Assembly (NCBI GenBank): GCA_046563655.1
Contig: CM102284.1
Span: 5,704,001-5,768,000 of the forward strand
Length of the DNA stretch: 64,000 nt
From: Yuukianura sp. NJ FZ-2021
Taxonomy: Eukaryota
Direction of reading: 5' to 3'
Made by a program: the position numbers and the translations under genes. Shown here one piece after another: positions 59,026-64,000 of this stretch; positions within the stretch are counted from its first letter, which is position 1; each line of letters begins with the position of its first letter. The notes under the pieces are model-generated. The model was not told the DNA's origin and ran no database searches. It worked only from the letters and a program-made list of their open reading frames with translations.

Positions 59026-60824
59026 ATGTTTGCTTTTGGCGTGGGAATCGTTTGTCTGCTCATGACAGTGTCAACGACCCTTGGACACACCATGGGCATG
59101 GGAAGCTGTCCCAAAGTTGATCCTGTCAAAGATTTCTCCATGGACAAAGTAAGTTGGAGTTAATTGTGTTACTTACTTACGTTTACCGTTTTAAGTTTTA
59201 CTGAATTTTTACAGCCGATGACTTTAAATAATAAGCTTTGACTATTGATGAAAAAGAAAGTCGGATAAAAAGTTTAATAATATTTTCCTGTACAAAAGGC
59301 CACCTCAGCAATAAAAATTATGCCGAATGACTTTTAAGCATAATGTTTGAACACGAAACTTTTAAAATTTTGGTTTTAAACTAGCCCCAGGGTGTGAAAG
59401 GGCATGAGAGAAATTTATCCAAGAGTTTTTTAATATTCATTAACAAAATTGGCCGTTTTTTAAGTAAATGAGATGACGTACTGTTTTCGAAAACAGAAAA
59501 AAAAGCTAAAGTAACAATGAAATTCGCAGAACTGAAAAATAAATGCTAACAACTTCATCATTGTCCTTGAATTTCCAAAAATCTTTTGTTATTCTATAGA
59601 CTTTTTTGTTCTTCTTTTCAACAATAGAAGCAGAAAATTCAGGGGAAAAGCTGACTTTTTTTCGGTTTTGTGAAGTTGATTTTTTTTCAACTTTGTTTTT
59701 TAGTTTATGGGAGACTGGTTCGTGATTCAGAAATTCTCAACTTCCAGTAGTTGCATGAAATACAATTTTACAAAGGGGACGGATGGGAAATTGCGATTGG
59801 TTCAGACTCGGCAACATTTCATTTTGGACACAATTGGAGTTGACCACATCTACACTTACACTGGAATCCTTAAAGTCCCCGACGCCGAAAATTCTGGACG
59901 CATGCGTGTCAAGTTTCCGCTGAGTAAGCTTTTGTCTAAAAACTTAATTCACTTGTTCTAAACAAGGAAGCAATTGATATTAATCATCGTGGCCAAGCAT
60001 CGTAGGTAGTAAGTATCTGCGGTTTGTTGACTCATCAGACATGAGTCACTACGGAAGTTCCCCCATCTTACTCATGTATTCTGACCCAGACTTTAATCTT
60101 GACCTTGACTCATCCTCGCAACCTAAATGATTGAGCGTGACCAATCTTAATCGATGAACCTTAAACTCACAGATGTAGCCGGAGATGCGGAATTTCTAGT
60201 CTTCATGACGGACTATACAAACTATGCTGGGATTTTCACTTGCCAAAAAATTCTTTTCGGACATGTGAAATCTGCGACGATTTTGTCCAGAAAGCCAACA
60301 CTTGACAAAGCAATTGTCAACCAAGTATTGAAAAATTTCACAATTAAGATGATTCACATTTTGTTAGAGAATTGAATTGGCTTAACAAATGAATCATCTT
60401 TGCAGATCCGTCAGCGACTTGAAGAGGAAGGAGTTGACCCCAGCGACTTCAGTGTTGTGGATCAGTCCAAATGTATTGCTGATTCAAATTTAAATGTCAA
60501 GATTGATGACGAAACTTTCTCTGCCGGCAATGTCGCTGATGTCGTTAAGAAGGTCACTTACATGACAAGCTTTCAGCAATCCTGAAACTTAATTAAACTT
60601 AACACAATTTTCATTTGTAATTGAAGGTCGGTGGTGTTTTGGGCACTGGCGTTGAGAAGGCTGGAGACATCCTTGGAACTGGAATTACGAAGGCCAGTGA
60701 CCTCGGGTCAGGTTTGATTCGAAGCTATGGAGAGGACACCAGTACACCAAAGTCTAGTAAGACTTTGGACGATTTTTACAAGAATGCTAAGGATCAAGAC
60801 AACGATGCTGAGTGGATCCCTTAA
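59026..60824 (+). CDS. Apolipoprotein D-like lipocalin (secreted)
   Basis: Signal peptide, GSCPKV, lipocalin motif FMGDWFVIQ (GxW), VFMTDYTNYAGIFTC (TDY) and ATILSRKP. Five exons. TATAAAA at ~58885. Confidence 0.88.
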
Positions 60825-61703
60825 GCAACTCTTCTGTAATCTGCAAAGCTACTCCATGATCAAACATAGGGATTTCTGGAATCTCAAATTGTTACCGAAT
60901 GTTTAATTTCTTTAGATTGAGAGCCCTTAAGGGCCCTATGCTGTTATGCTTTTTAGAATTTGCGTTTTTAGAAAAATAGCCTTTAAGTACTCACTTCAGA
61001 TGTGAATCACTAATAATTTATCACAATTCTGCTTTTCGTATTATCGTATTTAATAAATTAACTTTACCACCGCACAACTTTTATTCAGGCTAAACAAAGT
61101 TTTAATTTTTTTCTTATATTAATTTTTTGAAGTTTATTGATCTTTTATAATCACTGGTTGTTAATTTAATTTTTATGGCGAGGTCACAAGGTTAATCAGC
61201 GGTCATTAACCCCCTTCGATCGACGTCCACATTCCTTCTGATTCTGAATCTAATCTGAACTCGTTTTTGTAGTTTCGTACTATGGCAGTTTGGAGTTTAG
61301 GAATAACTGTTTCGGCAGTTTTGCAATTTGGCAATTTACCATTTGTTTTTTTTTTGTTTTGGTTTAGTCTACTTTTACTGACAGTAAACTTATAAACGAT
61401 TGACGAGTGATTGAGTGATTTAACGATAACGTATCTGTTTTTAATCAAGTTTTAATTAAAATCATGTCTTGACGTCGTGTTTTCCTCGTAGAATCAACTT
61501 TATTGATCCACAAGTGGGATTCAATACAGCTCGAGAGGAATACGGAGGCAGAAGATTAAAAGGTAAGCTTATTTTTTTGGCTGTTGTGGGGAAAGTCAGC
61601 TGATCAATCCTTCCCACACGTTGTTGGATGTGCTATTGGGCCAATTGTTGAGTAGATTGACATTTTTTCAATTTTTTTGTTAGGTTCTCGTTCATCTGAG
61701 GCT

Positions 61704-63440
61704 ATGGACACCTTTCAAGGCAACGATCCGGGTAACGGAGACGAAATGGGCTGTATTTATGAATCCATCTCAAATATGCAGATTTCCGGTACGAAGCAGG
61801 CACACGTCACTGTTGACCTGGACCAAGGGAAGGGCGGCCATCATGGGGAAGAGGACGCAGGAGAAAATCAAATCTACTTTAATCCTTCTGTCTGCATTCA
61901 GAGATACGATAGAGTTCGTACAGTTCTACTTCAATACTTAGAGTCAACCGGAGATTCGCCAGTAACGTTAATCGAATTTGGTTGTGCAGAATTGCGGCTA
62001 CATATCTACTTGAAGCACATTAGTAAACGGGTGACTCAAATAATCTACGTTGACAAGGATGATTCCCTACTTGAGTCGGTAAGATTCACACTTTTCATTT
62101 TTTTTTCTCAACAATTTAGCATGAACGGGTGAACATTGGATAATTTCCAGTTATGATTTTGCTTACTAGGTTAAATACCGTATTCGTCCTTTGGCTTTCG
62201 AGTATTTACAAAAGCGAGAAACGCCGTTGAAAGTGGACGTGTATTCAGGAGACATCGTTCAGTGTGATCCAAGGATTTTGAACACCACCCCGCCTACATT
62301 TGCAGTAATAGGAATCGAGCTTATCGAACATTTAGACCCAGACGTTTTGTTAGGTTTTGAACGAACCGTTTTTGGTCTACTTCGTCCACCCTTGGTGAGC
62401 TGATTCAATTTCAGTTAGTATTAAGGAGTCAGCGTTAATTCTGTCATTTTGTATAGGTAATTCTAACCACTCCAAATTCAGAATTCAATGTCGTTTTTAA
62501 TATGGCACCAGGAGCTTTTCGTCATTGGGATCATAGTAAGTTGAGAATTTCAATTCTGAAAACAATTGCTAAAACTTACAATGGATCATTCGTAGGATTC
62601 GAATGGACACGAGCTGAATTTCATCAATGGTGCCATCGAATATGTCGTCAATACGGTGGATATAACTATGAAACATTCGGGATTGGATCATGCGGCGAGG
62701 CAACAGAACATTTAGGATGTGTTTCACAAATGGTAGTATTTCGCAAAGTCGTAGAAGAACCATCTAGTCTTCGCGATTATTCTCAATTCTCAGGTGACTG
62801 TCCAATATTTTTTTCCATGTAAAAATGTAACTTTGTCTTACTGAATTAAATGGTTTATTATGATTTGTGTATAGATATTATCATTCCAGACGCATATCGG
62901 CTTGTTTTCGATGAAAACTACCCGTTCTTTGTGGATACCACTCCGAGAGACGAAAAAATTTTCAATGCATTTAAATATCACATCGCCAACTACATTCTAG
63001 ACTACTCAAACCTTCAAAACTACATTGCAGAGCAAAAGACTGAAGTAACGCTTCCTATTGACGCCGCCAATTACATGAGTGGACTACCTCCGAACATTCC
63101 GGAAGACCTGGAGGAGGTTCGGTAGGTTGCACATAGCAGAACTTCTTGGTTATTCTTCATTCCGAAAAGGATTTAGTTATTCTTATGTTTGTTTTTTTTT
63201 AGATTAGCCTTGATCAAATGGGGATACAATCTCCAGCGTAATCCTGATACTCTTGCCTGGGAAATCTTGCTCAAAGTTCCGGAAGAAGATGCCAATCATG
63301 GACGTTATTGGGATGAAGATGAAGAAGAAATGGAAAGCGAAAATAATCTAGCAGTGGACGCAGAAGTGTGTAATATCAACGATTCCGTTCCTACCACGAG
63401 TGTTCCTGGAGATGTCGATTGGGATAACGAACAATGGTAA
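61704..63440 (+). CDS. HENMT1: Small RNA 2'-O-methyltransferase HEN1
   Basis: FNPSVCIQRY, SAM-binding LIEFGCAE, IELIEHL, LTTPNSEFN and FRHWDH|RFEWTRAEF (HEN1 signature motifs), followed by an acidic C-terminal tail. Confidence 0.92.
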
Positions 63441-63619
63441 ACCAGAACCGTATTTGCAAAACGACAGGAGTAATTCGTAGAGTAAGATCTAATAATCTAT
63501 TTAATTTTATAATTTCTTATTACTGGATAGTAATTAGATTCTCAACTTTTCCTGGTGTAAACGTTACCATTCTAATTGTCCTTTTTAAATTCCTTGCATT
63601 TTGCAAGTTGGACGAAATT

Positions 63620-63725
63620 TGGAAGGTACGCTTTTTTGCAAAAGTTTTTTTTCACTAATTTGTGCCAAATGGTATTCCGCAACTTGAGCTGAGCGATGGA
63701 GTTTGTGTCAAAATTGAAACAGAAA
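63620..63725. repeat. Further fragment of the repeat family seen at 56.7-58.5 kb
   Basis: gaaggtacgctttttgcaaaagttttt...gcaacttgagctgagcgatggag resembles the motifs at ~57330-57400 and ~57775 (gcaacttgagtcgagcgatggag). Confidence 0.55.
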
Positions 63726-64000
63726 CTGAGGATTTTTATTGATATATCAATTGATATAACTTACACGCCGCATCAAAATCAATTCTCTTCTTTCATATTC
63801 TTTAGACAGAAATATATGGACACCCACAATCAAATTTTTAAACGTCGTGAGGATATAGCAAGAGAAAAAAGATATTTTTCACGACATTTTAATTGAGAAG
63901 TTTTTTCCAAAACGTTCAAAAAAGTGTTTAACCGCTCGTTTTAGATTTGCCAAGTTTGCTGGGATGCTGGAAAAGCTTTTCTAAAAGTGAAAACTGTTAA

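Overview
Eukaryotic, AT-rich, intron-dense genomic DNA with short GT-AG introns (many 60-150 nt). It is most likely an arthropod, and the compact, divergent style suggests a springtail-like hexapod (inference only). The first ~22 kb holds a compact cluster of three Runt-domain (Runx) genes: runt-like (-), RunxA-like (+) and a third Runx (-), separated by motif-rich non-coding DNA. The gene-dense remainder encodes, in order: PNPLA8/iPLA2-gamma, two tandem trypsin-like serine proteases, an alpha-arrestin, a nearly intronless TPR+SET protein lacking MYND, an atypical ~608-aa tetraspanin-like protein, a 126-aa Cys/Pro-rich protein built from seven mini-exons (invisible to the ORF track), two tandem ZAD-like/AT-hook/C2H2 zinc-finger paralogs, RNF123/KPC1, an orphan Cys-rich gene, a ~0.8-kb duplicated repeat, an ApoD-like lipocalin and HEN1. 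The most unusual signals are nine perfect copies of the DR1 13-mer AGGTCAAAGGTCA (mostly in short introns), dense AAAGTGAAAG motifs and palindromes around the Runx cluster, a 6-nt microexon encoding a protease GWG motif, the mini-exon Cys/Pro gene and a candidate horizontally acquired TPR-SET gene. All gene models were assembled by eye from splice signals and reading phase. No database searches were run.
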